Source of the DNA: Heteronotia binoei
Lineage: Eukaryota
NCBI RefSeq assembly: GCF_032191835.1
Contig: NC_083243.1
Location: 176,576,001-176,640,000 of the forward strand
Direction: 5' to 3'
DNA: 64,000 nt
Part shown: positions 36,628 through 50,582 of the stretch, in pieces
Layout: each line of letters starts with the position of its first letter
Numbering within the stretch: the first letter of the stretch is position 1
Translations under genes and position numbers: made by a program
Notes under the pieces: model-generated
Databases searched by the model: none
What the model was told of the DNA's origin: nothing
Seen by the model: the letters and a program-made list of their open reading frames with translations, nothing else

Positions 36628-36763
36628 CAGGGGTGGCCAACGGTAGCTCTCCAGATGTTTTTTGCCTACAACTCCCATCAGCCCCAGCCATTGGCCATGC
36701 TGGCTGGGACTGATGGGAGTTGTAGGCAAAAAACATCTGGAGAGCTACTGTTGACCACCCCTG
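36628..36763. mobile_element. Fully palindromic Charlie-like hAT MITE
   Basis: caggggtggccaa..ttgaccacccctg; perfect TSD gtataggg. End-truncated relative at about 58980-59097. Confidence 0.88.
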
Positions 36764-37470
36764 GTATAGGGCATTTCACTGTATACAGATATGCAAACAC
36801 TGACATCTGCCTTGTTGGAATTGCACAACACAAAGAATCAGAATAGATTTCCTCGTGTCAGCCAGTGTCTCTCCCGATACCATTCCCTACTCCATGCTAG
36901 GAAAGAAGAAAGGACCAGTGTATTTTGAAGATCCCCACTCCAGCACTAATATCATCACCGAAACAAATTAGAAAAACTAGCACAAATCTGAAAATGCAAA
37001 ATGCCAAAATTGAAGTCCTGCAAAAACTGGATGAAAATTAATTTCATGTCTCGTTATTTGAATATTGAAAAGAAATATGCATATTGGCAAACATTTTGAA
37101 TTATGGTTAATTTTCACAGGACAGAACTCAGTTTTTGAATTGCCAAAGCCCAAGTTTCATCCCCATAATGGTGATTCTTGTAGGTTCAAGACCATTTGTC
37201 TACATTAAAATTAGAACCTGACAGTTTCAGAACTTAGATGTTTATTCTGTTTTGAGTGTATCTAATTTTGCACTGTGGCACTAATATGCCCAGTTGTCTT
37301 AAAGTGCCTCCAGCTAGAAAACGCAGGGAGTAGAAAAAGCTGGAAGTCTTCACTCCATCCATGCTCACACTTCACTCCCTTGAGTGCCCTTTAAGGGGAT
37401 GCTGGGAAATGCCTATGGTATTGGAGGATCTTTTTTTAAAAGCTAGTAATAAGAGCTTTGAGGAACTTAC

Positions 37471-37652
37471 AGCATGGCTATCCCCCAGTTTTCAGAGCAG
37501 AGAAGAGCAGCAGGCCTGTATGCTGAAAGTCCAATGACAGCGAGGCTTGGAGCCAGAACCATTGGCCCACAATGCTTGGCAATCCAGCCACAGGCACCTG
37601 ACACTCCAAGTGCCATTTGCACTACAGCTGAGACCAACACAGCACCAGAGAC
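37471..37652 (-). CDS. SLC23A3: SLC23A3 exon 5 (182 nt; VSGAVLVSAVVQ..HCGPMVLAPSLAVIGLSAY..WGIAM)
   Basis: tcctag acceptor and gtaagt donor; HCGP.VLAPSL motif; absent from the ORF track in this frame. Confidence 0.95.
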
Positions 37653-37966
37653 CTAGGAGAAAAGAGGAGAAAATTACAAACCCTAATGTTTGCTTCCAAA
37701 GGCTGTTAGCTCCATTTTTAAGTCAGCAAGACAAATGGAGGGGGAGCTGTGACAAACTGGGGAAGACTGACAAAGAAACTGATAAAACATGCAAGGCAAG
37801 AGACTAGCAATTTCCTCCTCCCTTCACCACTGTATGATGGCAGCAATATATGTCACACCCCAATTACTATCACCAAGTTGACACCTCATTCTCAAAAGGA
37901 AACCAAGGTTTCATGTCTCTCCAGTGTTTTCCTTTCCCCCACAATCTGTCCATCGTAGCTACGAAC

Positions 37967-38040
37967 CTCACAGAGTAACCAGTCCCAGTTTCTTGTATTT
38001 TTGCAGTTTAGAACAGAGTATTCATTAAGGGCACCAGTGC
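37967..38040 (-). CDS. SLC23A3: SLC23A3 exon 4 (74 nt; TGALNEYSVLNCKNTRNWDWLLCE)
   Basis: ttccag acceptor, GAG/gttcgt donor. Length and phase close the frame; sequence is divergent from human. Confidence 0.75.
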
Positions 38041-38315
38041 CTGGAAGAGTGAGAAGAACAGACATGTATGAATTGGAGAGGGATGGAAATAAAAAAAGGA
38101 GGAAGAACACTGAAATCAGGCTAGCCTTAAGTTTACAAATGTTGAGAATAGGATCTGTCAAACATTAGGATGAAACGCAGTTATATGAAGCTTGCAGGGA
38201 TCCTAGAGAAAGCTGTAGAGGAGAGAAAGAAAGCAGAGGATCCAAGCCTGCATATGAGTTGCCAAGGGGGGGTTAAAACCAATCACATGTGGCACATGGT
38301 GATTTCCTCCTATCA

Positions 38316-40546
38316 CAGCCCAATCCAGACATAAGTGGTGGCCGGCCGTGGCTTAGCTGCCGCGCCGCTAGTAGACTTCCTGAGGACTTCGGCCCGCTGG
38401 GGCATGGGGAGGGGAGAGGCGTAGCTTGCCATAAGGGAGATGGTCGCCATGGCAACGCCGCTGGTGGAGACACAAGGGAGGCCGAGGCAGCCGGAGGGGA
38501 GGGCCATCCAACCCCCCCAACATTGGCCAGTCCTGGCACATGCGCTGCGGCTCATGACAGTCAGGGATGGGGAGAGATGGTCCCAGAGAGGCTGATAGCC
38601 ATCCCCAACCTGCCCCCAAACAGAGAACGGAGCCAATGATGGGCAGACCATCACAGGCAAAGGAGAGACGGGTCATCAACACGGGGAGGGAACAGGAGTG
38701 AGGCTGGGCATGCGTGCATGAGAAGCCTGGCTTGGTGGCGAGGTGGGGGTGGGGCCAAGACAGGCCCACACGGGACCACAGAGAAGCTGTCAATGCCCTC
38801 ACACCCTCCCGCTGTCAGAGACTCTGCCAATGGCAGGCAGACAAGCAGGAAGTGCCAAGTGCAGGAGTTCACTGTCATAGTCAGCGGCTGGAATGTGTGT
38901 CTGGGAGTGAGCAGCCCAGCAGCAGACACCCTCCCACCGAGAGACCCCGTGCTGCCCTGACGCCCCCTGCCATGTGCACAGAACACCTCCCCAGGTGGCC
39001 GCAGAACTCAGAGTGCGAGTGCATCAGCCGCAGAACTCTGAGTCCCCTTCATCACCCCCCCCCTTAGTGCCCTGCACACAACAGCCCTGTGGGGTCGGGT
39101 AGGCACTCCCCTCCCCATCCAGCCACGCGGGGGGCAGCGTGGTGGCTCATAGACTGTCCCTCCCCCAAAACCAAGTCTGCCCACCCTCCCAGGCATTCCC
39201 TCAGAGAGGCCACTGATGGGGAGGAGGGTTGCCCAGGGAACGTGCAGCAGATGCCAAGCAGGAGAGACAACAGAGGGCACAGCTCAGACTTTATTTTTCC
39301 AGAACAGAGTGCAACAGTCTCCCTGGCGTGCGCTGGGCAGTCTTGCTGTGGGTGGGGTTCCATTCCGAGCAGCGGGCAGAAACAGCTGAGGGGGTGGGGT
39401 GGTGGTGGAGCGACACACACGGAAGCCTCTGTGTTGAAGTCCCACCTGCAAAACGGAGATAGAGATCAAGAGCACCTGCAGGGGTGGCAGCTGGAAGAGC
39501 AGGCTGCGTTTCAGCTGGGCGCTCTCTTAAAGGGACAGTCTCTGACCCACCTCCCTGCAACAGGGCAGCTGCCACACACACACACACCGTGCCCTGCCAG
39601 GGTTTGGGAACACAGCAGAGGGCAGACCAAGGCGGCAGCACAGAGGACCGGGGTCAGCAAATACCCCCTGCTGAAGCCCACTACCTGATTCAAGTGCCAG
39701 AGATGCTCGCACACCGAGCGGTTGAGAGCGAGGGGAGGGGGAGGACCGGGGGGGCACAGTGGAACTTACCCAGCCATGGGTGACAGCCGCATGCAGAACC
39801 TCCAGGAGCCCGGAACCTGTGGAGACCTGGAAACAAGAGCAGTTAGCCCCAGGGGAGAGACCTCTCTCTCCCCCTTGCAAGTCAAAGACACTGTCAAAGC
39901 AACTGAGAGGTGCAAAACTCGTCACCAGCGTGCCTGCCTGACCCTCGCTCTAAGCCTGTATGGCCGGGAGCTCACCGGCAGAGCTTCCTGCCACGCGCTC
40001 CTCTCTCCAACAACTGAGTTGTGCGAGGCCAGAGTGGAAGTATTTCTAGGAGGAGGGAGACAACGATTGGGTTCTGGGGAGGGGACTCGTCAGCCCAAGG
40101 TGCGAGGGGATTGGCGAGGCAATCACACCGCTCCCTAAGGGGTTTGCGAGCTTCCATAGCAGCGGAGGTGACCTTTGTTTTTGGTTTCAACAAGTGCCTA
40201 TGGGCCACGCCACCATTTTTGCCAGTGTAAAGTTGTGCCTCTCGGGGGGGGGGGGGGTGTCCTGGGCCAAACTGCTCAGGAAGCCACCTAAGCCTGGCCA
40301 CGCTCCCAACTCCACCCCCTCCTCCGCCTGAATGCCACACTCCGCCTCACTTCTGCTCACGCTCGGGCGCAGCCCTCAGGCACTGCTGCCCTCAGGCGGA
40401 GCAGCGCTCGGGCGGCCCCCCACCCTTGTAACTCCCCTCCACTGTGGTGGTGCCAGTTGGACTTCAGTGCAAACCCTTTCTGCGCCCACGTAGCGGCTTG
40501 TCTGCTCCCAAAAGACTTTCCGCCCCCCCCCCCCCGGATTGTGCTG
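38316..40546. mobile_element. ~2.2-kb GC-rich insert bounded by short imperfect TIRs (possibly PIF/Harbinger-like)
   Basis: cagcccaatcc (38316-26) / ggattgtgctg (40536-46); flanks tca/tta; composition differs from the flanking intron. No recognisable transposase. Confidence 0.4.
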
Positions 40547-41057
40547 TTAATCACTTATGTGTAAAAAACCCTGAGTGAGTCAGAGAAGTATGAGAAGTTC
40601 AATGAAGGTGAATAAAAAGAAGTTTTCTGAGAACAGAGTAAAAAATCTCTGTTGCTTTCAGTTCTCTAGAGGCACATGGTTGGTTGCTGTTGGAAAAAGA
40701 ATGGTGAACTACACATACATTGTATTGATCCACTAGGGCAATTATATTTTATATTTTATGTTAGTTTTACATGTTGTAAGCCGCCCTGAGCCACCTGGTG
40801 GGAAGGGCGGGATATAAATCACAGATAAATAAAAATAAATAAATAAATTATTATACTGTTAGATCTTAGCCTGATCTAACAGGAAAGTTGCATGTAGTTT
40901 TGGAACATAAAATGCAAAAACAGTGACCACAGAAAGCTGTTTCTTCAGTGTGATATAAACCACTGCTGAATCCAAAACTCAAAGATGCATAAACAACTTT
41001 GGCAATCCTCATCCAATAATAATGACCTGTTGGGTATTATTTATAACCATAACTCAC

Positions 41058-41152
41058 TATTTCCTTTTGACTGACGAATGGGAGCCGTATGTTGGGTCAG
41101 AACCATGGCTGGGATAAGGAACTCAAAAGATGGCGCTTGAACCAATGGCAAC
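41058..41152 (-). CDS. SLC23A3: SLC23A3 exon 3 (95 nt; LPLVQAPSFEFLIPAMVLT..)
   Basis: ctgcag acceptor and A/gtgagt donor; RLPLVQAPS.EFLIPA as in human. Confidence 0.95.
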
Positions 41153-41330
41153 CTGCAGGGATGGCAATGAACAGATCAGGCTTCTGAAGGGATCCTTGGG
41201 GTTAAGAAATATTAAGAATTATTAGCCAGAAGCCAAACAGAAATAGGCATTTCCCAGGACCTAAACATCCCATCCTCACTCTGCTTAGCTTCTAAGAATA
41301 TGACCAGAGATTAGCCAAAAATCAGCTTAC

Positions 41331-41494
41331 CTAGTACCAAGTCCACATTGTAACGCTGTAGAGATGCCACAGGCAAAGAAGCTGCGGGCCAGAAGTTCAT
41401 TCCAACACTGAAAACCATCCAGCTTACTGGGAGGGAGCGTGGCTAGGAAGAGCAAGTGAAAGGTGCAGAGAAAGGAGGCCTGGACCAGGAGATG
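41331..41494 (-). CDS. SLC23A3: SLC23A3 exon 2 (164 nt; HLLVQASFLC..SFFACGISTALQCGLGT)
   Basis: cccag acceptor and AG/gtaagc donor; SFF.CG.ST.LQ motif. Confidence 0.94.
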
Positions 41495-41946
41495 CTGGGA
41501 AGGAACAAGGTGGAATGAGCCCTAGTCTGAACAGCAGTAAATATATAATGCCTAGATCCCTGCCTAGAAGCTGCTACCACACACCATGCCTGATGATATC
41601 TCTCAGCCCTCTCTCAGAGCCATAGCCTGATATAGAAACAGTAGCCCCAACACTCATGCCCTGACAATGCCTTTCAGGCAGACTCACAGCTTCACTCTTT
41701 CCCCATCCCTAGTGAAACACACTAAAGTGCAGTTCCTCCATCTCAACATGCAACTATCCTCATCCCACGTATAACCTTGACCTGTAACATGCAAATCAGG
41801 ACTGCTGCTGACCAAACAAGACTCCGGAACGAAATCCCTGAACTGCACACACACCCCGCACCACCAGAAACGATCATCTTTATGCGCCTCTTAGCAGGAC
41901 AGGATTTGTCTCTGCTAATGTGCCATCTCCCAAAAAGCCAACTTAC

Positions 41947-42030
41947 CTGCAATGCCAACAGGACACTCAGGGCCCAGGGAAGAGAGTTGGGTCCAGTGTA
42001 AGCATAGGGAAGGATGCTTTGGGTAGTCAT
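41947..42030 (-). CDS. SLC23A3: SLC23A3 first coding exon (MTTQSILPYAYTGPNSLPWALSVLLALQ)
   Basis: SLPW.LS.LLALQ/gtaagt. ATG choice rests on an upstream in-frame TAG at 42073-75; the true start may lie in a further exon. The 12 exons total 1878 nt in frame. Confidence 0.75.
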
Positions 42031-44726
42031 GTTGACCTCATTCACACGGGTTCTTTCCCCCTTTGTTCTGTACTATTTTCTGCCTGGAAAGTGGCCTAAC
42101 AATGAAGTATTCTCCAGCTCTACTTTTCCTATAGTCTCCTCCCTCCACTGACCATTTGGATCTGAACTTCCACCTTTGGCCCTTCTGGGAAACATTTGCT
42201 CAGCCCGTTAGCCATTAACTCAGCTTGGCCAGTAAGCAACCCCACTGTGCAGAGGGGTAGAAAGCATGACTGAGCAAGAGTAGAACCAGAGCAGCACTAG
42301 TTACATATACAAAACTTCTCTAGATTAAACCTGATGCGTCAAGCAGTAACTGCATCAGACCACACATAGTGACAATAAGTATCTTTTCCCCTTTGGTGCC
42401 TTTGTGCCTGAGCAGCACTGATGCAGTTTTTGTGGCCAGAAAAGGAAATGTGCATCGCCCACAGCCATAGAACACAACGGAAAGGTTCTATTTATTTCAT
42501 ATTACTGCTAGCACCACTGATTTAGCTTAAAATTGGCATGGGAAACAAGGCTCAGTCTTAGCCCATAGTCAGCACCAACCCAGATAGTCTTAAGTGGTGC
42601 TACATAACGAAGTGAGGGCCACTCTAGCTCTGGAAAGGATACCTGTCCATCAGCATTAGCCCCAAAGCTGTTCATCATGCACGGTTTGAAGGGAGAGACC
42701 ATTTGTTGTTGCAGGAAGTGCCATGAACTCTGTACTAAGGGCACATCTTCAAAGCTTCTTTCTATGACGCCTCAGTCAAAGAATCCACCTCGATTTCCTT
42801 CCAGCAGAGGGGAGGGAATGAGCAGGTGACTGAGTAAGAAAGTATATGGGCCTGACAAAGGACATGATGCAGAGGAAAGACAAAATATCCCTTTTTTTTG
42901 CTCCTCGATGATTATATTTCAGTCTTCAGTCACTTACCATTTGTGAGTTGCTGCTTCATAACTGGCTTATATTTGTTTCAGAATGTTGGGTTTTTAATGA
43001 TTTGGGTGAACGTTTTTTCTTAAAAGTGTTATTTTGTACAAATTTAATGATTTGTACTGTTATTGAATATTTTGGTGGCTGAATATATCGCAAATCACTC
43101 GTATCCTTAACAGATGCATTTTGGTGCTACTTGAAGAATTCTTTTATGTAAAAAAAACACATTACAGGTAAACTGCATTGTTAGCCACCCTGAGTCCATT
43201 TTGGAATGGGTGGGATATAAATCCAAAGCAAATAAATAAATAAAAAGCAATGATTACTCACTTTTGATTCTGCGGAGGTGGGTTGCTAAGTTACAGCTAT
43301 TGAATACACTGCATGAAAGCAGAGAATTCAGTCCCTTAAGAATCTCAATTAATTTAAAAATAATTGAAGGAGACCTGCACAAGTTTCAAATACATATATG
43401 GTACCAGAGGTCAAAAACTGCCTTGGGCAAAGATTAGTGTATAGACAACAGGATTGCTGTGAGCTGTTCCTGTAGTTTTCAAGCCATACCACGACTAGAA
43501 TCCCAAGTCATCCATATAGCCGTGTCATTCCTTGCCCAAGTGTTCCAATTCCTCAAATCTGAATGTTTCAGGAACATCAGAAGAATCAGTGTATGTGATA
43601 CTGCAGCTCTCCCCACTGTCACCACCAACGGAGCAGGAAGTGAAGGAAGACTCCGACACCTGAGCGCAGTGTAATAAAAAAAATCAAACAAACCCCAAAG
43701 AGGAACGTATCATCAGGAACTATTTTTATTAGAAGAGATCCCATCTACAAGAAGTGAAAAACTACAGCAAAAAAGTGCTAGCAAGATTATGGAGTAGAAA
43801 GTGTCTGCCACCTCTCCATCCCCCTCCACCCAAAGAATTAGATTGGGCAGTCAAGCGCTCCCAAAGCATCAGGCAGGGGTACCAAAGCACCAAAATTAAA
43901 CATGTAACTGGGTCTTCCCTCTTTCCTTCCCAATGCTGTGGTTGAAGAAAATCACAGCCTAGTCCTGCGTTGCTCTTAGGAATGGTTACCCAAGTAGGAA
44001 GCACTAGATCAGTGTTAGGGCAATAACAGTGAGTTTCCACATTATGCTAATGGTGTGATATAAATACAGCTATCCCTGGATAGCCTGAAGATGTAGAATC
44101 GCTGGCATTTGTCACTGTGAGAGGTAGTCACCACAGATCATTTCTTCCTAGCACCTCAAGAAAGCTATCTCACAAGCTAGGAGGCAATGCACGACTCCCA
44201 ATGCTAGCTATACTGTGCAGCAAATACAGCTATAGCCTGAAGGTGTAGGATTGCTGCCATTTGTCACCATAGGTCATTTCTTCCTACAACTTACCATACA
44301 AGCTCAAATGTGCAAACCCACCTTATGTTTTACCTAATAAGGGAAATTAGGCTTGCCAATGCGGGTTATTGGCTCAAATGAAGGATTATGACTGATCCAA
44401 GCCTCACTGTCTCGGTCTTCACCCTACCCCTAACTGTAGACTCCCAAAGTGGGATATATCCTTTCAGCAAACTCTTGGCGGCTCTTGAGCACAGCCACTA
44501 AATTGCTGAAAGAGAGTGGGTGCAGAAATCGTTTTGGCCTATAAACGAGAGCTGGTATCAAATAGACAGGAGACAGACTGGCAGGCCCCTGCCATTTCGT
44601 AGCCTCTCCCACCTTGCGTTTTTATACCCCTTCAAGTGCTCATAGCATTCTGTATCAAGGTGCCCCAGATCATAGCATTCTGTATCAAGGTGCCCAAGCC
44701 TAAACTCTAACCTGCTGCCTCCAACC

Positions 44727-45320
44727 CTAACTAGGGAACATGAAGGCCTTGATCCTTCCAAGCTCCAAGGCAGCCTGTGAGGGGCATTGCTGCAGTGCCA
44801 TGGGTTCAGGCCAGTCTTTGCAATTGTGGGGCACAGGAAGGTGCCAGCCCCAACACATGCAGCTAGTACAGTGGGCAGCAAGTCCGGAAGCAGTTGGCTG
44901 AGTAGAAGGGTTGTTGAAAGCGGTGTGATTGGCTGTCCCACATATGAGGCTGGACTGACTGCAGTGTGGACAAAATGAGTGATGGGTAGGAGCTGGTGGT
45001 GCAGAAGACAGAGCAGTGAGGACACTGCTCCAGATGTAGAGTGCTGTAGCCATGACACCGTTGTTCCCCTCGTGCTGCTGTTCACCATGCAAGGTCATAT
45101 TCTCTGTTTTGGTGGATGGAGAGTCATTAGGTAGCGCCAAGTTACAATCCAGATGCTGAACTGGAGATGGGAGAGGCAGGTAAGATGCCAGGGCAGGTCT
45201 ACCACTTGCCAATTCAGAAGGATCAGCCCTCTTCACATGTAGAGTATGGTGCACCACAGCAGCAGAGGCAAGGACAGCTGCAATACCTGTCAGGTACACC
45301 ACGCCAAGAATACAAGCCAG
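44727..45320 (-). CDS. CNPPD1: CNPPD1 exon 8 (terminal; LACILGVVYLTG..ELGRIKAFMFPS*)
   Basis: cccacag acceptor; C-terminus matches human MELARLKSFVFPG. Confidence 0.93.
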   Translation of the reverse strand: MACILGVVYLTGIAAVLASAAVVHHTLHVKRADPSELASGRPALASYLPLPSPVQHLDCNLALPNDSPSTKTENMTLHGEQQHEGNNGVMATALYIWSSVLTALSSAPPAPTHHSFCPHCSQSSLICGTANHTAFNNPSTQPTASGLAAHCTSCMCWGWHLPVPHNCKDWPEPMALQQCPSQAALELGRIKAFMFPS

Positions 45321-45380
45321 CTGTGGGAAGAAACGAGGCATGTGATCACACAGTGTGTCTTCTGATGCAAAAGGTTCCCT

Positions 45381-45517
45381 CATGGAGCACAGGTCCATCA
45401 GTGGCTATTAGCAACAGTGTATGTGTGTATATAACATTTTTTGCCACTGTGTGACACAGAGTGTTGGACTTGATGGGCCGTTGGCCTGATCCAACATGGC
45501 TTCTCTTATGTTCTTAT
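45381..45517 (+). mobile_element. CR1 3' tail fragment
   Basis: gagcacaggtccatcagtggctattagc..cttctcttatgttcttat, as at 28.8-29.07 kb. Confidence 0.8.
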
Positions 45518-46827
45518 CTGGAGATCAGGCAGGTGCCCATGCTGCTAAAAACCCCATTCAAACACTTCCCTCACTTTAGATCCACAGGCATGTTGTTTTA
45601 CTTGACACGTCACCTTCTATTAGGCCTCCCCCACCCCTGCACACTCTGGCAATCTTGGGATTTGATAGCCCTCCAGATCAACGTATCATAATTGTTGAAG
45701 CAGAGTACTTGGAGGCTACATTTTAGCTGTTTTATGCTGTTTTGTTCTTAGCTGTTTTTAATTGTTAATTTTCTGAGGGAATCCACCTTGAGTTTGCTTT
45801 GTGGGAAAAGCTGAAAATAAATTTTAAAAAATGGATGGAAGACATCAAAGGAATTAATTTCCACCCAAATCCCAACATTTCGCTCTACACTAGATAACGT
45901 GCTTGCCATGAGTCAGGTTGGGGTTTCCCTGACCTGACCCTGTTCCTTTCACAAAGGGGAGGCAGCTGCTGGAAGCTAAATTCCAAAGCATACCGCAATC
46001 TGATTCAGATCAGGACTGCAACAAGGGTGACAGCTTCTCTCCACCCTTCCCTTGACACTGTTTTCTTCACCTGAAAGAACTCACGGGGAGGGGGGGGGGA
46101 GACTGTCCCCCCTGTAGAGGCAAAACATGTTGTCTTGTTGGAACCTTACAGATGAATGGTTGGCAGTAGGAAGAAGGGCCTTTCCTAACAGTGCCACTAT
46201 ATTTATGGAATAACCTTCCAAGAGAAGTCTGTCAAGACTTGCTTTTTAATTTCTGAAGGCAGTTTAAAAAAAAGGGGGAGGGTTATATGAATAAATGCTA
46301 CCAGCTGTATGTTGGCCTTTGCATTACTGCAGCTGCTTTTTTCACTGTGTTTGATTTTGAGGGATGGGAAGAACCATGTAACCATCTCTGAGCTCCTCAT
46401 ACTTAGGGCAGGCTAAAAATGTGACAAATAGATTTTCAAAGAACTGTCTATACATTGTCGCTTGTTTTCATTTTTGTTTCGGAATAATAAACTGCTTTGG
46501 AGGCCTTGCGAGAAAAGCAATCTAGAAATTACATAAATCAATAAAACTGACCTTTATCAGACAATCATATACACACAAACTCACAGATGCATATCAGATC
46601 TAACAGGTTTTTTTTGTTTTAAATTTTAATTGTATTGGCTGAATTTGCTTGTTGGCCACCCTGAGTCCGCTTGCGGAGAGGGCGGGATAAAAGTTTAAAT
46701 AAATAAATAGGAATTCTCTCGCTCCCTCCTAACTATGACCGATCACTCCTCATCGCTGAGCATCCATTTGCTTACTATATCCTCCCCACCTCTCCCTTCA
46801 TGCAGGGCACAGCCTGCCTCATCTCAC

Positions 46828-46945
46828 CTTGGCTACCTGCTGATAGAACTGACCCAATGCCTGCTGCCACAGTGTTTGCTCCATTAAAACACACAGGTCA
46901 GTGTACGTGAACCAGCCACGCTGGATGCCCTGCTTCTCAGCCACA
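46828..46945 (-). CDS. CNPPD1: CNPPD1 exon 7 (118 nt; VAEKQGIQRGWFTYTDLCVLMEQ..VAK)
   Basis: ttgcag acceptor and AAG/gtgaga donor; RGW.TYTDLCVL motif. Confidence 0.95.
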
Positions 46946-47608
46946 CTGCAAGACAGAAGAGAAAGAGGAATTAAAGCTCAGAGGTCCAGGAGCTTCTCAT
47001 CACAGCCAATATATCCTAGCAGCAACTTCAACCACAAGCAGGATTTGTTCCCACAGGACAGAAATACCCATTCCTGACCCCATCTCCTTTGTCCCAGAAA
47101 CTTGGGAATATTGTACCAGACACAGCCCAGTAGAAATGACTCTTAATTAGGGTGCCAGCCCTTGAAATTTATTTACCAACATAATAAATACAAAACCAGC
47201 AGTCTGATTCTCTGGACAGGTGTTTTTTTTTTTTTTAAAGTCTCATGTTCTTCTTAAGTATTTGCCCCACCCATTCATGTGGTTGCTCTTTTTTTCAACT
47301 ACTCAATTCTCATGGCTGCTCCTTCTGAATCTTGAAAACTTCTCCTATTCTTTTAAGAACAAAGCAGAAGGACAGAGACGGAATGCTGCTCTCCGTTACG
47401 CTATGAAGCCGCATCTACTGCACAGTCTAGTTAAGGATCTGGCAATTCTGCCCAACCTCATTCCCGCTTAGAAATCTTTGGGTCAACCTATACTACTCTA
47501 AGATGGAACAGAGCTGCTCACGGAAGCCAGAAGGTAAAAAATATATCCTTATGTGTCAGGCTACAGAATGATGACATAATACCACCGCACAAAAAACAAG
47601 AGCACCTA

Positions 47609-47698
<90 letters not shown>

Positions 47699-48047
47699 TT
47701 ATCCCTTCGCTTGCAGGAAAGCAAGGCTTAAATCTTATTTTAATGGCACTTGCCCTGCAAGACGTCCCCTGCTGGAAAACTGGGGAAGGCAGGATAAAAC
47801 ATCCACATCGCCATGCTGATCATATCTTACAGAAAGAAGCCTCCTCAACTTTCAAGGAAATTCATTAGGGTAAGGTGTCTCCCCCCTAACTAGCAAGCTT
47901 TCAATCCCTCCCCCCAATTTGACATGTCAATAATAATGAACACTTAACAGCTAGGATTCTTGAAAATTTTACTATATATACACAGCATGGGCCAACTTTA
48001 AACCACTCTAAGATGGAATAGAGCTGCTCACAGGAGCCAGAAAGTAA

Positions 48048-48435
48048 AAGAAGAAGAAGAAGAAATTGGATTTATATTCCGCCCTCCACTCAAGAGTCTC
48101 AGAGCGGCTCACAATCTCCTTTCCCTTCCTCCCCCACAACAGACACCCTGTGAGGTGGGTGGGGCTGAGAGGACTCTCATAGCAGCTGCCCTTTCAAGGA
48201 CAACCTCTGCCAGAGCTATGGTTGACCCAAGGCCATCCCAGCAGGTGCAAGTGGAGGAGTGGGGAATCAAACCCAGTTCTCCCAGATAAGAGTCTGCCCT
48301 TTCAAGGACAACCTCTGCCAGAGCTATGGCTGACCCAAGGCCATTCCAGCAGCTGCAAGTGGAGGAGTGGGGGATCAAACCTGGTCCTCCCAGATAAGAG
48401 TCTGCACACTTAACCACTACACCAAACTGGCTCTC
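48048..48435 (-). mobile_element. Squam3-like SINE with duplicated 5' body segment
   Basis: gccctttcaaggacaacctctgcc..cagataagagtc occurs twice. Confidence 0.85.
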
Positions 48436-48546
48436 TCTAAAAAACAAGGGCCTTCTAAAAACAGCAATCCCTCTGGGCTCATCTGAACTTAAAACTGTAA
48501 CAGTGACCCAGTTCCCATCATATGGCACTTATGTAGGAAAGCTTAC

Positions 48547-48675
48547 AATGGCATGAAGGAAATTCATCTCCAGTGTGTTCATGGTCTGTACTTCCACCTT
48601 GCCCGCAGCACTCCACTCATCGTTAAAGACCTCTTCCTCTTCCCCTTCATCATACAAGTACTTACTGGCAACCAT
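48547..48675 (-). CDS. CNPPD1: CNPPD1 exon 5 (129 nt; MVASKYLYDEGEEEEVFNDEW..FLHAI)
   Basis: ttcag acceptor and gtaagc donor; near-identical to human. Confidence 0.97.
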
Positions 48676-49212
48676 CTGAAAGCAGTATAAGAGAACAGGT
48701 TTAAATTGCACGGACTGAGGGTTTGGGGCCAAATAAGTTTCCTTATAAAGATAAAGACGAAGGCAGTGTCCATCCAACCTGTAAGAATGGAGGAAAAACC
48801 CCACGCTCAAGATTATCACTCCCGTGCATCAGACCCATAAAGGAGAGGATCTGTAATGATGTCTGGATAGCCAGTGCGAATTCCACGCCCTCATATTAAC
48901 AGGTTAAACAAGGGAAATCCATTCACAAAATGATTAAAGAAATCAAGTAGCAGAGCAAAGGTCAGAAAGATAAAGGAGGTGATTCCAAGGCACTCAAAGC
49001 AGGAAATCCTGGGACATACAATCAAAGGAGAAAAAACGGGCTGGCATGGTCCATGTTTCCCTAGCATGAGGGCACATGTCCCACCAACAACAGTTTTTCT
49101 GCTGACAGATTCCAGAGAAGTTCCTGGAAGGAGAGATTCATAGTTTCTCCCAAAGGCTCTGCCCCTCTGCGTAAACCTGGACAGATCAGCTGATCTGGCC
49201 ATGAGCCAATCA

Positions 49213-49695
<483 letters not shown>

Positions 49696-50192
49696 TCATT
49701 GGTACCAGCCCGTAAGGCAGATAGTTTCAACCAGGGCTCACTGCAGAAATAGTCTAGGTCTTGAAAAAAAATTCATTCTGCACAACTGACTCAAGGCTTC
49801 CTTGGGACTATTCTGTGGAAGATCAGCCATTAGACTGTCAGGTGCTCGTTATACTGTAATTTGGCAGTTGTGCGGTGTCTAAACTAAACCCACAGTCAAG
49901 CGCTGTTCCTCACAAAAAGGAGTGAACACAAGCAAAGAAATATGGAAGTATTAGTGAGAATGGGCCAGCAAAGCAACACCGATGTGCTGCTCACAGCAGA
50001 TATGGGCAAGAAACTGTGCCGCCTGGACTTTGTAAGAACACAGATCCTTTGTGCAACTGGAAAAAATCTTAGGGTTATATTCACGCCATGATTACTAATG
50101 GAAGCCCATGTACTCCACATTTCACTCTCTGACCTGTCAATCACTGCCCTTGATCTGCATTCAGTTTATTTCACCTAGAAATTAGAACATCA

Positions 50193-50582
<390 letters not shown>

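Noticed and set aside
38273-40554. Novel protein-coding gene from the stacked ORFs
   Set aside because: ORFs in all frames reflect high GC and few stops; no recognisable domain or consistent exon chain.
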